Part shown: piece after piece, positions 25,778 through 40,134 of the stretch | Numbering within the stretch: the first letter of the stretch is position 1 | Layout of the letters: the number at the start of each line of letters is the position of its first letter | Assembly: GCF_000143415.4 (NCBI RefSeq) | Contig: NW_003314412.1 | Span: forward strand, 186,494 to 250,493 | Direction: 5' to 3' | DNA length: 64,000 bases | Source of the DNA: Selaginella moellendorffii | Taxonomy: Eukaryota > Plantae > Lycopodiophyta | Position numbers and translations under genes: made by a program | The notes under the pieces: model-generated | Database searches by the model: none | What the model saw: only the letters and a program-made list of their open reading frames with translations | What the model was told of the DNA's origin: nothing

Positions 25778-26051
25778 GAAGATCATCATCTCTTCCAAGT
25801 TTTTCTTTCCGAAAGTTTCATCGCTACTCGTGTTCTACGTTCTCACTTGCGAAGGAATTTTTTTTGTAGCAAACGTTGTGTGAGAATGTCTGGTGGATTT
25901 ATATGAAAACTTTCATCCAAAATCGTAGTAGTACTTTGATGTTGTAGAAAGAGTTCCTTAAGGAAGAACAAAAGCAAGAAAAACTTCTAGTAGAGGTACC
26001 TCAGCCATGAAGAAAGATGGAAAAATCTCTTCTTCCTTCTTCCTTGATCTC

Positions 26052-26486
26052 TCAACGGTAGGACTTCTGGAAGCGAGCGCGAGCTCCGCGGCCTCCAAAC
26101 TTCTTGGGCTCGCAGCGCCGGGGATCAGCCACCAGGAGCGTCCTGTCGTAGCTCACCAATCGATCCTTGATCTCCTTCTTGGAGTGCTCGTCCACAAACT
26201 TCTGCGTGAAGGCCACCAGCGCCTTGGCGATGCTCTGCCGGATGGCGTAAATCTGGGAGGTGTGGCCTCCGCCGCGCACGCGGATCCTCATGTCCACCCC
26301 CGCGAAGCGCTCGCGGCCGAGGAGAAGGATCGGCTCCACCGCCTTGAATCGCAGGATCTCGGGCTCCACAAGCTCGATCGGGCAGCCATTGATCTTGATC
26401 AGCCCGCGCCCCTTCTTGCAGTATGTCACCGCCACTGCCGTCTTCTTCCTGCCAAAACACTGCACGGATTGAATAGCCGCCGCCAT
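26052..26486 (-). CDS. RPS16: 40S ribosomal protein S16 (uS9), intronless
   Basis: [14 protein letters not shown]...[13 protein letters not shown]...[17 protein letters not shown]; telo-box (TAGGGT) motifs upstream. Confidence 0.97.
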   Translation of the reverse strand: MAAAIQSVQCFGRKKTAVAVTYCKKGRGLIKINGCPIELVEPEILRFKAVEPILLLGRERFAGVDMRIRVRGGGHTSQIYAIRQSIAKALVAFTQKFVDEHSKKEIKDRLVSYDRTLLVADPRRCEPKKFGGRGARARFQKSYR

Positions 26487-27629
26487 CTCACCTCCGCGCG
26501 CCGCCGCCCCGCCTCCGAAGAACCCTAGCCGAGAGCGAGGATTAGGGTTCTGGGCTTTGGGAGAGGTCTTTGGCTCGAATCCTGGGAAGTTAGATCTTGA
26601 AATTAGGGCTCTTGCTCTTACATTGAACAAACAAAATATTCCTTTTAATATTCGTGCGGCGGCTTCTGTGTAGGAAGGATTCCAAATCGCTTCTTGAGCA
26701 TCACGCGCTGCTTGGAGAATTTATCGTCCGGGGAGAATCGCGCTGGATGGATGGACAAATCCCAAATCGAAATCAATCGCAGGAACAAAAGAGGGCTTTT
26801 TTCTCTACCTGGATGCGAGGATTCAGTGGGCGATCCATCGGGCGCCTCTTTCTGCCATAAAAACCCATGAAATTCCATCTCGCAGAGCTATGGCTCACCT
26901 TGATCGTGTACACCTTCTGGCCCTCCTCGTTGACATAGCACATGAGATACATGATCGATCGATCGAGCGCCCGCTAAACGCCTAAACGCCCACCAAGAAC
27001 CCTAAAACGCGGAGGGAAAAAAATTAAGCCTGGATTGTGGGAAGGAATCCAATCCAATTCCATTCCATCCACGTCGGATCCTTGGAAACTGCGATGCATG
27101 GGCAATGGCGATGGGAGCATCCCATCCCATGCCCATCCCCATCCATCCATTCATTCGTTTCCATTCAACTTCCTTTATTGACATTCATAGCCTATGGCAT
27201 GGGGGGTGTTATATGTGCCATGTGTGTGTGTGTGGGATCTATCTGCGAATGAGAACGGAATCCCTGGGCCTTTGCTTGTAGGGTTAGGGCAGGCTAGGGT
27301 GCGCAATCGCGCTTGGATCTAGCCGCCTCCTTGCCGATTCCCTCCACCGCGTGAGCGAGCGAGTGAATCCCCCGCCGCGAGCACAGATTTCGGGCGAAAT
27401 ATCGGGTCGCGCGGTAGCGGCAGCGGCGGCGGCAGTGGCGGCGGCGGCGATTGATGGTTGAATCGCGAGTTTGGCTCCTCCCGGGGCGGATTGGCGCGGC
27501 TATGGGATCGATGCTCTAGCCGGGTAGCTCGATGTGGTGGTGTTAGGGTTAGGGTTTGAGGGGTTTAGGGATTGGCTATGGTTGCTTTGGTGCTGGCAGC
27601 CAGGAATATATTTTTTGGCTCCACGAAAG

Positions 27630-30600
27630 ATGTCCAAGGCGCTTATTGGGAGAGGCAAGCCTCCCTCTCTTCTACTCGCGGTGCAGTGTGGGAAGAAGAA
27701 GAAGAACGAGCTCTCCAGCCCGGAGAATAATGGAAACTTTGATGATCGGCCAGTGGACCTTGCGTCGGGAGGAAATTTGGAGGTATGGTTTTCTCTTAAG
27801 TTGGTGTGTGTGAGTTTGCTGATAAGTTGTTTCCTTGTGCTGAAGATTCATTTCATGGATTGTCCCTCGTACAATGAGGTGAAGCAAAAGCTGAAAGCCA
27901 CGCGACCAGAGTTTTTGCTGCTCCTGGGAGAGAGAGGCTCCGGCCGGAATGAAGTCGGGTCGCTCTGCCTCGGGGAGAAGATCGTCACGGGGGAGACTCT
28001 GAAATCCATGATTGGTTCGAAACTTCCAGAATTCGTAAAGACTTTCCGCATGCCCGTTTCCTACACGCTGTTGACGTTCGCTTTTGCGCTGCAGGTCTAC
28101 ATTGAGTCGTCAAATAGTGGAAAAGTTGCCGACAGCATCCATACACTCGTACGTCTGCCACGAGTTTTTTTTTTTTCTTTTCTTTTCTTTCTTTTCTTTT
28201 GTTTTTCTAACTAATGGAAGTGTTTCCTCTTTCCAGGGAGTGAGGCATGTTGCACATTGGGATGGCTCTGTGACTTCTCTAGCTGCTGCTCACTTTCGGC
28301 AATCGCTTGTAGCGTGCTTGAGGACGTAAGCTTTTGTTTGGAAGCTCTGCAAAGCTTCGTTTACGTGTTTTTGTTTCAGGCCTGGGTGTGATCCTTGGGA
28401 TGCATTTGAGCTGGCGAATGCATCATTGGAGATACATTATGGGCAAACTAGTGGCAGCCAGCCGATGCTCTTAGGAGAAGGTCCACCGGTTCTTGACGAT
28501 CCTCTTAAAGACATGGAGGATGATCCTCCTCTTATTCAAATTTATGACGAAGAGACGGAAATTCGCCTTCTTGTCTGTGCTGAAGCTTGTGCGTCGGTAC
28601 ACATCTCACCTTTTATCTTTGCTCTAAGTTTAACAAACGCTTACTCTTTGTTTACCTGTTTACTAGGATTCAAGCTCTTTACAAGCCGTTGAGGTCGCTT
28701 TGACGTCACTTTTCGCAATAGAGGTACGTGCTTCGCGTAGGTTCTGTTTTACCATTTATCTTTTACAACTTCAGGTTAGAGGCATGCGTCTTATACATCG
28801 AATCAGGTGAGTCGTTTTGGATACGCCTCCTTTCGTTTCTGACATCTGAATTGCGTGCGCAGTGCCCCTCCGCCACCCTCTGCAGCATCAACGTTTGCTC
28901 GTGGAGTTGTAACTATGCGTTGTGACCTTTGTACTTCTAGCAGCGCCCGCATATCTCTTGTGGTGTCTGGCAGCGCGCAAACTTGTTTTGCCGATCATGT
29001 AAGTCTGGTGTTGAGCGAATGATGATTCTAACTATTTCATGTACAGTTTTTAGAATCTACTATTAGGAAAGGGCTTATGGAGAAAAGCCAGGCTCTTCAA
29101 CTTATTATGTCCGAAGATAATATGCCTGCTGAAATAAGGCGTTCCACTTCTATAGCGTGCGGGGCTGCTGTTGTCGAGACCCGTGCTAAAGTTCCAAACT
29201 GGGCTGCTCAGGTGCGCCGTGTTTTATTTCTGCTGGCTCTGAAATACGTTTATCGTGGTGTTCCAGACTTTGAGGCAGCTATCAACTGACACATCGTACA
29301 AGACCTTAGTTGCTCTTGGCATTGCCGGTATTGAAGGGTCTCCTGTCGCTGCATTCCAACAGGAAGACGCAGAGAGGCTGGGCCTTTTAAGAAACGAGCC
29401 GCCGAAACCACTGGGTTCTCCTCGTTGCAATGGTTTCAGTGAGGCGCCCATCATTCCTGCATGGCTCACACCAGCAGCCCCGACGAGAAAGAGACAGAAC
29501 CTGTGCCTGTCGAGCATCAACTTCAATGGTGACGGGCCTTTAAACGGCGACAGCAAATCAGTGTTCCTCGCTGCGATGAAGCCGATACCACATGCAACTC
29601 GGCGGAAGTTGATGCCTTTTGCGGGCGTGGTTTCGGCTGGGGCTCAGGCTGGCTGGTCCATGAAGCTGAATGGAAATACAAAAAGCACCAGACCCGAGGG
29701 GACGTCGGCGCCGTCAGGCCATGGAAGAGGAGGGCATACGTTTCCGATTGTTCTTCCCAGCGTCAAGAAACATCACTGCAGCCGCCCGTCAATGTTGGAG
29801 TGTCCAGAGGTGAAGTCTGCTTTGCTCTTGATACGCCTGGTTTCAGTAACTAATGTGGTCTTTACAGGAGGAATTTCTTAACGACGTTGTCCAGTTTTTG
29901 GTTTCCAGAGGACACGGTCGACTCATTCCTCCAACTGGTATCGAGGCCTTTCCGGATGTTGTGTTGAACGGCAAGAGGCTCGATCTCTATAACCTGTACC
30001 GGGAGGTAAGTTTCGCGTGTTAATTTTCTTTTGTGCGGAGCCCCTGTTGGCCCACCTTTCGATGTTTCAGGTCGTCTCCAGAGGAGGCTTTCGGGTTGGG
30101 AATGGCATCAACTGGAAAGGTCAAATATTTTCGAAGATGCGTAACCACACAACAACAAACAGAATGACTGTATGTGGCATTCTTTTCCCGCAAAGTTGAC
30201 TTCGGGGCTGAATGTGTCGTTTTATCTCTGGCAGGGCGTCGGCAATACACTAAAGAAGCACTACGAAACATATCTTTTGGAGTACGAGCTTGCGCACGAC
30301 GATGTGGATGGCGAGTGCTGCATCTTGTGTCACAGGTGAGCGGAGCACGACTTTACTTTCTTTCTCTGTGGAAATCCCATTTGCACTGACGCGCTGGTTG
30401 TACAAAAACACTTGCAGCAGCGCAGAGGGCGACTGGGTGAACTGCGGCATCTGTGGCGAGTGGGCTCACTTCGGGTGCGATAGAAGGACGGGCCTGGCAA
30501 CATTCAAGGTACGTGGACGGTGGCGGTCCGGCGTGGTTTTCCTCACATTCCAACTTTGTTTGCTTTAGGAGTATGCGAAGACGGACGGGCTCGAGTACAT

Positions 30601-30706
30601 ATGTCCTCGCTGCAGCGTTGGCTCTGCCAGAGGCGTGACGTCGAGGAAGAAGCAAAGGCCTTCTTCCGGGGACGGTCTCGTCATCTTCAAAGGCAGGAAG
30701 AATTGA
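27630..30706 (+). CDS. ARID + C-terminal PHD protein (ARID4-like), multi-exon
   Basis: LNGKRLDLYNLYREVVSRGGFRVGNGINWKGQIFSKMRNHT; GNTLKKHYETYLLEYELAHDDV; WVNCGICGEWAHFGCDRR..EYICPRC. Confidence 0.9.
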
Positions 30707-31262
30707 TTGGAAGACTCCAAGGAGGAGCAAAGGAGCCAAGGAGGAGGAGGAGGAGGTGTTTGTATATTCCAAGAGTTTTTGTGGGGGCAGAGGTCTGTTG
30801 CTTTGTACATTGTATAGGAGAAGGAGAAAAACGCACCAAAAAAAAAAAAAAAAAAAAAACAGATGGATTGATTTCTCTCTTCTCTCATCACATTGTAAAT
30901 GTGATGATAAGGAGCGAGCTAAAAGGAAGCAAAAGATATAGAGAATCAAAGATTGTTTTGTTTAATACCCCAAGTCTTCCAAGTTCTCTCTTGTTGTTGT
31001 CCAGGGGAGGGGCTAAAGTGCCCACCACCAAACAATAAAGAATATACAAGGATAGAAACAACTGGAAAGCCACTGTGCAAAGCATCCCACTCTTTTCATG
31101 TGAACTCTCTCCTCTCCCCCTCTCTCTCCCCGGTCTTTTTTTTCATATAAGAGAGGGAGTGACTTCTACGTAGGGAGTTTAAAGTCGTCTCTCGTTTCTT
31201 CTCTCTTCCTTGTCTCCTTTGCTTGGGAGAGTTCCGTTTGGCGGCCAGCGCTCGTGACAGCC

Positions 31263-31963
31263 ATGAGTAGCAGCTCACCAAAGAGAATGTCCGCCGAAAG
31301 CCAGGTATGGAGAAACTTCTCCTTTTCGAAAAGGTTCTAGTTTGTCCGTGTGCTTGGATCCGGAAGAAAGAGTACCTGGCCGCCGCAATTGACTACATAC
31401 AGCACCTGGAGCGGAGCGTGCAGTGCCTCCGGGACGAAGTTTGCAAGGCGCAAGAGCAAACCGACGAGGATCTCAACGACGATGCCTCGTCGCTCACCAC
31501 CAGCTGCGTCTCCGGCCTGGAATCCAGCGACAATATCAATAGCATCGTCTTGCAAGTAAGCGGAGGAGAAGTGAAAAACTTCTCTTCCTTTCCCTTTCCC
31601 CTTCCTGTGTTCTTGGATCATGATATTCATTCTTTTGTGTCGACGTAAAGTTGGAGGTGTCCCGGGACGACAGCAGCAGCATGTATGCCTTCCACATCGT
31701 CTGTAAAAGCGAGCAGCAAGCTCTAGAGAGATTGGTGAGAGCGTTCGAGGAGCTGGACGTGGAGGTCCAGCAGGCCAACATCACGACGCGAAACGAGCAA
31801 ATAAGCAGCTATTACCTCGTCAAGGTACTGAAAAGTGGCCCGTCCGTACCTACGTGTGTTTTGTTCTTCCTGCTCTCAGGCCCCGCAATGGAGCCGCCTC
31901 AGCTCAGACGATGTAAAGAAGGAGTTTCTCAGCACGATGTCCAGGATTGGTGTGCCACTGTGA
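31263..31963 (+). CDS. Atypical short bHLH-like protein (HLH + ACT-like C-terminus); 5' structure uncertain
   Basis: AAIDYIQHLERSVQCL (HLH helix 2); FHIVCK..LERLVRAFEELDVEVQQANIT (ACT-like); GT-AG introns. Confidence 0.65.
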
Positions 31964-31991
31964 CATATGAACTTCTTTGGTGGCTGGCATG

Positions 31992-34900
31992 TCAGTTCAA
32001 AATCTGTGGTCTAGACTGGACAATTGCTACATTTCCGCTGCTGTACACACCTTCTATATCCTGTGTGATCAAAAAGATGAATCTTAAATTTTAATCAGTA
32101 CAATGCTTAGATTACCTGTGGCTGTCCATTGAATGCAGCCTCCACATTGATCCCGACTTGACAGACCGCTTTCAGAAGCTGACCACGAAACTGATAGAAG
32201 AAAACAAGATGAGAAAATAGAACGAGGAAAGTGGAACACACTCACAGCATGGTCCCATATGAGTCGTTCTTCGCTATAGTCTAGCACGACCTCCTTGGAG
32301 ACATCTACGGTGACACTGTCATATCTGCCCAACTAAAGGTTAGCTCCAGTGAAAAAGATATGTAGAGCTGTACTTACAGTCCAGCACCAGAAAAGCCTTC
32401 AAGATCTTCGCCATTTGAATCCGATCGTGCGATGACCGTTCCTTCGGCTGCAAACAGTCCAACGCGCTTCGAAGGCAGTGATAAAATCCTCGCTTCTACA
32501 AAAGTGGAGAGGTTCAGACAGGTTATCAGCCATGCTAACTGGTCCGCACCTTCCAGATTCGATTTAGCAACAGTGAAACTAAATGCACTGCCCTTATGAT
32601 TCCCCACAAGGACCTCTCCCAAGCCTGGAACAATCTGCAGCTTCGAGGTATGCTTGTCAAAAACCTCTCGTGGCCAAATATAAGTTACCTCACAGAACAT
32701 CAATTCCGGGTCTTTTGCAATAGGATGCATTGTATGGATCACAAATGCATAGTCGGTTGCAATAACTTTCTGGATCAGACAACCCATAAAAAGTGCCTCG
32801 TCAGGAATTCCATGAGCTCGCCTACTAAGCCTGGAAAGGAAAGACAAAGCTATAAGAGATTTCAACGATAGGACAAGAAGTTACCATGCTCTATCAGTCC
32901 ATTTACTTGACCACACTTGGCATATGGCTTGCCACGCTTTTTCCCAATTGTCCTCATTCTCCCATGCACCCGTCGGTATCAAACCACAAGCCTCCGCTAC
33001 ACTGGTCACTTGTCGCTTCAGATCCTTGGGGACTGTCAGTTTAGTTCTGACAAGGCCCCGAATTCTAGCCAATTCGGTGGAAATTCTGCATTTTAAAAAG
33101 CATTCACGCGAGATGTGAAGATTTACAAAGCTCACCTTTCTGAGTCAGACGTTGCTTTCAACCTCTGTAACGAAAAGCCAAAGGGAGAATTCACTCCAGA
33201 ATTGATAGGATCGTTCATAACGCTCTCAAAAACACCAAGGGGCAAAGCAATGGACGGAGGAAGCTGAAACAGAAATTTAACGTTATAAACAGCTTAAAAC
33301 CAAGTTTACCAAAACTGATTTGTCCAAGGCCTTTCTCATCATAGAGATCTTTATGGATTTTGCGCCAACTTTCCCTTCCTCAAACTCGTCCTCTGACAGC
33401 ACAAGTTTCTCCAGCTAGAGACAAGCGCATGAGGAAAATTGAGGTGTAAAGGAAGATAGACACAAACCTGGTAATTCCTTATGGAAGAAGTTTTAACGTG
33501 GGTAGTGCCTGTAGAAGAACAAAAAATTACTAAACATCAACCAGTATCAAAGTGTACCCACAATTTTCGGCTTTGAGATCGTGTTCGGCACATTCATCGC
33601 ATTCAGAAACTAGAACTTGCCCTGATGCACCAATGTTAACAAGAACATGTTGTCCTGACAAAACCTCACAGAGTGTCACGGCGTTGATTATAAAGCTTCT
33701 TACGGAATACCTGAGAAAGACTTCAGACTTCCAAACTCCTCGCTGCTAAAGCAGCTAGAGAGCAAAACCTGTTCACTAGAAGAATGTAGTTAACTCCATC
33801 CTAATAAAATACGTACCTGAGAATCTCGTGCACGAATTGCAACGTGGCTGAGCATATCAACAGTGCTCGCACACAGCACAGCAGTTACACCAACTGGTAT
33901 GTCTTCCATGCCATCTACCTATATTATCTTGACAAAGCAAAGATCAGAAAAGAAACTCTCACCTTCTCTGTAAGAACAACATGTGGTTCCGAGTAAGTAA
34001 GACCTTGAATTGATGACAACGTTGGAAGGACCACGACCTTTCCAACCGCAGAAGGCTGATGGCTTACAACCTGCAAGAACTAAAGTAAAACAAGAGAGAG
34101 AAAAACTTTATAGAACGTGCACCTGCCAAGTGCTTAGTCCCGCAGTTCCACGAAGAATCGATTGCAATCTCTGTAGAAGGCCGGATATATTAAAGAGTAC
34201 TTGTCCTCGTACAACCTATGTAGAGCAGTAGTTACAACATAGCGACCAATAGCCTACAACTTGCAAACCTCTTCACCAAAATTCTTTATGTAGCTTTCTG
34301 CAATACCACATGCTTTACCAAGAATTTCCGCATTCGGTTGTACAATCTTGTAAATGTGATCCATATAATCTGCAAGGCTCGCAACAGTGAAAACTATGAA
34401 CTTGCTAGAAAGATGAAAAAACCTTCAACTGAGAGTGCTATTCGATCAGCAGCGGACATAGCCAGCAGCGCCCAGGTTGATGTCCATCTCGGTTCTGCTT
34501 TCACCTGTACGTTCTTATCAACACAGAAGCTTGCAAATCGACAACGTGCATACTTTATTCCAGTATTTCAGGCACATGTTAAGCTCCTCACTTTCGGCAT
34601 CGATGCAGCAGTTCTCAAGAACAAGAGATAGGAGCTCGCATAAGTCATCTCCGCTTAGTGCAGACTGAAACACGAGAGTTAGAATTGGCATATAACATTG
34701 GAGTTTTACCTTGTCAATCCGTCCAATAGAAAGCCCAAAAAAGTTGTTGAGAGCAATATCCAGCAGCATTACGTCCCTCTGCACCAGACCTCCTCTCCAT
34801 ACTTTCTCAAGTTTCTTCCTGGCCTTGACAAGTTCTCCAGGTATCCACCTGTTCAAGCTTAAGTTGTAAACTAGCAATTGAAATCACAAAGAAAATACAA

Positions 34901-36961
34901 ACCAAGCATCCCGGTTGCCAAGTATATTGTAAATTATGCTCTTGATCTCATCATCCAGGTACCCCTTGCTCATCTCAGCCATGACATCCAGGTCCGCGCC
35001 AGAGTGAACGGTTTTCAAGATCCAAAGGAAATGCTGAATATGGAATAGCAATCAAAAACTTTAAGCCGTCAACAGTAAATGAAGAGAGCACCTGAAAAGC
35101 AGGAATCAGGTGGGGAAGATGGACAGGATGTCCAGTGATAGGATGATCCATCGTTTCTATCCATTCCTTGCTTATGCGTCCGTTGTTCCTGAGTTATTTA
35201 ACTATCAGAACGTTCGTCAAAAACTGGAACTCCAGACCATAGAGTTTGATAAAAATTGTCCATGTTATTTGTCCGTAAAAAGTGAAGGTAAGCCTGCATC
35301 TCACACACAAACCCACTGCGACATTGAACATGGATAAACACATTACTACCTCACATATGTGTATGTCCTCTGAAGAAGTGTTGGTATGCAGCTTTTGATG
35401 CCACTGTTCTAGAAAATGATCTTCAATTCCTGGCCTTCACAACACCATTAAAACTTTGTCCTGGTTTCAGGGAAAACATATAAGGATTGCATTGTTACCT
35501 ATGTCCCTCGCGAATCCCGTTCTCTCGCATAATGTTTAATATTCTGCAAGCTAAAAGCTTAGTAAAGCATGCTGTTGGCCTAAGCAATCGTTTACCCCAT
35601 TCGAATCTGGTCAGCATCCCCACCTCCACGGGGAAGTGTGGACAAGATCAGTCTTGCGAACTTTTTGATGGTAGGATCTTTCCCACGGGCTGCTTTCTCA
35701 GCCATCAAGGACGCTAGCCGCTATATTGAAAGGAGAAAAGAAAACAAAAGAGCAGAAGTTAACGAAACATACGAACTCACTAGAGTCCGAAGGGTACCTC
35801 TTGGACATACGCAATATCCTTTGACTGATAATTGCATTTTCTGTACCATGTAAGCTGCAGACAAGCCATCAACGCAAAGAGGTTTTCAAACTTTGTGAGG
35901 TTTTTAGCACCTGTTTAAGTGCTGAAAAGCGCAGCCAAGTATACATGAATGCCATGCCATTAGCACCAATTTCCTCCGCCGCATCCACAAGCTCCGAAGC
36001 TAGGATAAACCGATTAAACAGGGACCAGTTATCAAAAGTGGTTTCTGATAAGATCACCTGTAAAGCTTTTATAAGAACGAGTTACCAGACAAAGCCAAAC
36101 TTCATGCCTGCTCCATAAGATCGTTGAGTTCAAAGCATTTCAAGGGAACTTGAAAACAACCGTTGTTGTTGTACCAAGCTCCATCAGTATCCTGCAAGAA
36201 AGACCATAAGAATGGTGTTTCATGGCAAGACGACTCACCTTTAGCACAAAAACGAGGCACCGAGGAACTTCCAGCTCGGGAATTTTCATGGAAATCTGCG
36301 ACGATCAGGAACGAAGTTTAAAGCTTGGCAGCAAAACTTTGTCTCACCTCCCAGCTTCCAGACTCAGATCGAGTGAACGGAGTCTCGATGGCTCTGTCAG
36401 TGACTTGAACAGTCCCACTGGGCCACCACGAAGCACTAGGAAGGGACCAATTATTCACAGCCCAGTGAAGAGTCTAGACGAAAAGAGAAAAAGAGTTAGA
36501 ACCGAGAGCTCAAAACCAGAAGAAGATCTTACCAATCCTCCAAGAGGCGCGCTGAGAAGAACCTCGTAGAACGTCTCATTGAGCGCATCCTTGAGCGAGA
36601 CGGTCACGGTCACGGCGCTCTCGGGCTTGAAAACGAACGTAAACGTCTCATCCACATGAGATTCCAGGTCCTGGAGGATGCTACACCTGTGACTAGTCGC
36701 CGACGCGCAAGCGGACACTTGCGCCTGGGCATCAATGCTGGTCATGGTCGATCCATAGGCCTGGGAGCTGCACTCGTCATCCACTGCCGAGCACACGCAT
36801 CTCCCCGGCCTCTCTCGTGAGAGAACGATCGCGGCGCCGAAATTTCGCGCATTCTTGCCGTGGATTCTCAAAGAATCGCCTGCCGCGACCGGATTTCCAG
36901 CGCGATTCGCTACAGCTCGCGAGAAGACGCTGCTCGGAGCATCGAACAGCGCTAGAGCCAT
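31992..36961 (-). CDS. GWD: Alpha-glucan water dikinase (multi-exon, plastid transit peptide)
   Basis: YTWLRFSA, phospho-His motif DMLSHVAIRAR (~33830-33860), VWSSKWTDRAW, YAFVIHT.HP, RSDSNGEDLEGFSGAGL, terminal IVQSRPQ. Confidence 0.92.
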
Positions 36962-37195
36962 GGGAAAACCTGAGCCCTAACCTCGGATTTGTGAGATTCA
37001 CTGTAAGGAGACAATTTGGATCCCTGCGCCACGGCGACGTGTCCGATCCTTGTGAAGCTCCACCAACAATGACGGCAATCTCGGTTAGCGCTCACAGAAC
37101 GAAATATTTAGATCAAGGAACTAGCCTTAGGTTAATTCAAAATTGGGCGGGAAAGCTCTCGGAGCAGAGATTAGGGTTTATCCGCGTCGCCGCCC

Positions 37196-38413
37196 ATGGT
37201 AAGCGCATTCTCACCTCGTTCTTCTTCGATCGCCCAGCTTGTCTTTGATCGCCGAGCTTGTCTCGTGATTTCTCTCAAGCATTAGCATTCTTTTCGAGAT
37301 TTCTCGACCATTTCTCATCGATCTTTTGGGGATTTTGGCAGTCGAAGAAGCGAGGGCTTTCCTTGGAGGACAAAAGGGAGCAGCTCTTACAGATCTTTTA
37401 CGAAAGCCAGGATTTCTATCTGGTAAGGTCCTCGATTGATAGCATTGGATGGATATGGATAAATTTTTCTAACGCTGCTCAGCTTCGTGAGCTAGAGAAG
37501 CTCGGCCCACGAAAGGGTGTGATCAGCCAGGCTGTCAAGGACGTGCTGCAAAGCCTGGTGGATGATGATCTTGTCTTCAAAGATAAGATAGGCACCTCAG
37601 TAAGTTCTTAGACCATTGTTTTCGAATGCCAGGTAATTTTTTTCTCAGGTATATTTCTGGAGCCTTCCTAGTCGCGCAGGACATCAGGTAATCAGGCACG
37701 ACTGGAATTTTTCTTTGTTTTTTATAAGGTTTTTTTCTTTTTTTCTTTACTCCAGCTTCGCCAAGTTCGAGCAAAGCTCGAAGCTGACTTGTCTGCAACG
37801 AAGTCCCATCGGCTGGAGCTGGAAAAGATGAAGGAATCGTCCAAGAAAGGAAGAGAAAACTCGGTAAGTTCACTATCTCGTCACTTGAGTTTAATTCTTC
37901 TTTTAACGCTGCATTATAGGATGAGAGGGAGGCGGCAATAGCTGAGCTCAACGAAATGGAACAAGAACACAAAGCTTTGAAGGTGAACTAACCAACAATA
38001 ACCTCTTGACATCTTAAGATCTTTGCTTTCCAGGATGAGCTCGAGCAATATGCGGACAATGATCCAGCTCTCTGCGAGAACATGAGTGAGTCGCTCTCAT
38101 CCATGAAACCATTTCAAAGCTCATAGTTTATTTTCCAGAAAACGCCACAGAGATTGCTCATCAAGCGGTGAATCGCTGGACAGGTGAGTACTTGAAGAAA
38201 AAAAAACTAAAGTAGCACTGAACCTCGTTCGTTGTTCTTTTCCATCCAGACAACGTCTTCTCTCTCCAGAATTGGTGCAGCAACAATTTCCCCGAGGCAA
38301 AAGAGCGGCTGCAATCAGTCTATAAAGAAGTAGGCAAGATATCTCGTGACAACTTTTTAACTTTTGCCTCTCCACAGGTGGGAATAAATGACGACTTCGA
38401 TTACCTCGATTAA
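37196..38413 (+). CDS. MND1: Meiotic nuclear division protein 1 (multi-exon)
   Basis: ATG/intron/SKKRGLSLEDKREQLLQIFYESQDFYL..ELEKLGPRKGVISQAVKDVLQSLVDDDLVFKDKIGTS; YFWSLPS; NRWTDN. Confidence 0.92.
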
Positions 38414-38496
38414 CAGATCCAAGGACAAGCTCTTCTTTGCGAGATCTGTGACTGTCAGTAAGTAAATGTGTTCTTAAATAACTACACTATGTGTTA

Positions 38497-40134
38497 TCAG
38501 ATCAAGACACCCTTAGCTCTCGTGATGCTTTCTACAAGTCGATATATCCAGCGGTCAAGCATCCCTATCACCGCAAAAGCATAAAGTGACGCAAAAGAAA
38601 TATCATAAGATACGATACCTGTCAAAGAAAAGGTCCCGCCAACAATAGCACAGAATCGCGTAAGCAAATGTCCAAAGCTTCTCCTTTCCTCTTTGATTAA
38701 CACCGTGATGGGCGATAAATCGTACAAGAAGTAGACCGCTGCTCCATCAAAAAATCACATCAAACGCGAACGAAGAAGAAAAACAACCCAACCTGGCCAG
38801 CTTATGTCGTCGTCTCGAGCAGCTAAATAATACTCTCCCACTGAGAACTGATTTGTAGGAAGCTTTCCACCATTCAAGTATCTATACTCTGTTGGCACGA
38901 TCTTTTCAAAGAACAGAAGCAAAGATTTGTCGCGTGCACGAGAATTGAAAAGACTACCTTGATGAAATACTTGAATGTGCCCGCGGTGTCACGTAAAATC
39001 CGCACAGTTCTATCCAGCGGGTTGTGAATCCCGGGATACTTTGGTCCGAACGAGAGATCGTTGATTATATGGCTCACGTTAACTTCCTTGACGCTGTGGA
39101 AGATCTGTAAGAACAGTGCCCGTAGAGCTTTTGATTCGATATATTTCCATTTGAACGAAAGAATCGATCGAAACTTGCCTGGCGCGCAACCTGGAGGCTC
39201 ATCCCGTGCATGGAGATATGGAAGTTTCCCGCAACTCTTTCCACGTCTAGAACACCAAAAACCTGAGCAAGAACACAAAGGATAAAAGGAATAGACTTGG
39301 AAAAAACGAGTGTAAGATTTGTATTTACCCGGCAGCCTTCCCCATCTTGAAGTGCCTTGTTGATTTCGTTCACAACCTTTACGGCGCTCCGTAGTTCCTC
39401 ATGCGAATGGAAAATGCCTGTGAGGTTATCTGAAACAAAAACCGGCAGAGAAGAATGATAAATCTATGAGCGCGAGAAACAAACCATGGGCATGTTCCTT
39501 CTCAACAAGGTCTGATAGATACTCCGATCCCAAAATGTGACCGTCTTTGTGGAGACGAAGCTAGAGAAAATCGAAAACAAAGTATAAGACGCGAGAGAAG
39601 AACTATAGAATTCACGGTTACCTTCCAAATGTTCGTGTCTAGATCAACTTCGTGTTTGCCAGACATGTCGATAGCATCCACGCTCAGAACTTAGAACAAG
39701 GAAATGTGAAGTTAGATCGTAAATTCATCAAAGAAGAGATTCTTTTTACTCTGGCAAGGCAGTGAGGGGAACGTAATGTTAATGTGAATTGGAAGATTTT
39801 GCCCGCGCGTCGTGTCTACCGACATCTGGTTTCCAAAAAGAATGATCAATCCTCCAAGCAAAACAAGAAGAAAGACCCAAACCTGGTGCACGACATTCGT
39901 CGAGAGATAGAACTTAAACTCGTACGCAAACAAAACGAGAATGATGCTCACTCCCACAATCGTCACTGAACGAAGAATTCGAAAAGAGAAGCTTAGCTCC
40001 GATCGAGGGAAGAGACACAAGAACTTCGAAAATTCGCCAGATCGGGACTTACAAATGGCTCCAGAGACCGTCTTCTGCGTGAGATGCTCATCCGCGTGCG
40101 CGAATGCGTTGATATTCTTCATCTTCAACCCCAT
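38497..40134 (-). CDS. ERGIC/Erv41-Erv46 family COPII vesicle protein (multi-exon)
   Basis: NAFAHADEHLTQKTVSGA, INITFPSLPC, RVAGNFH, NVSHIINDLSFGPKYPGIHNPLD, YDLSPITV..RFCAIVGGTF. Confidence 0.92.
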
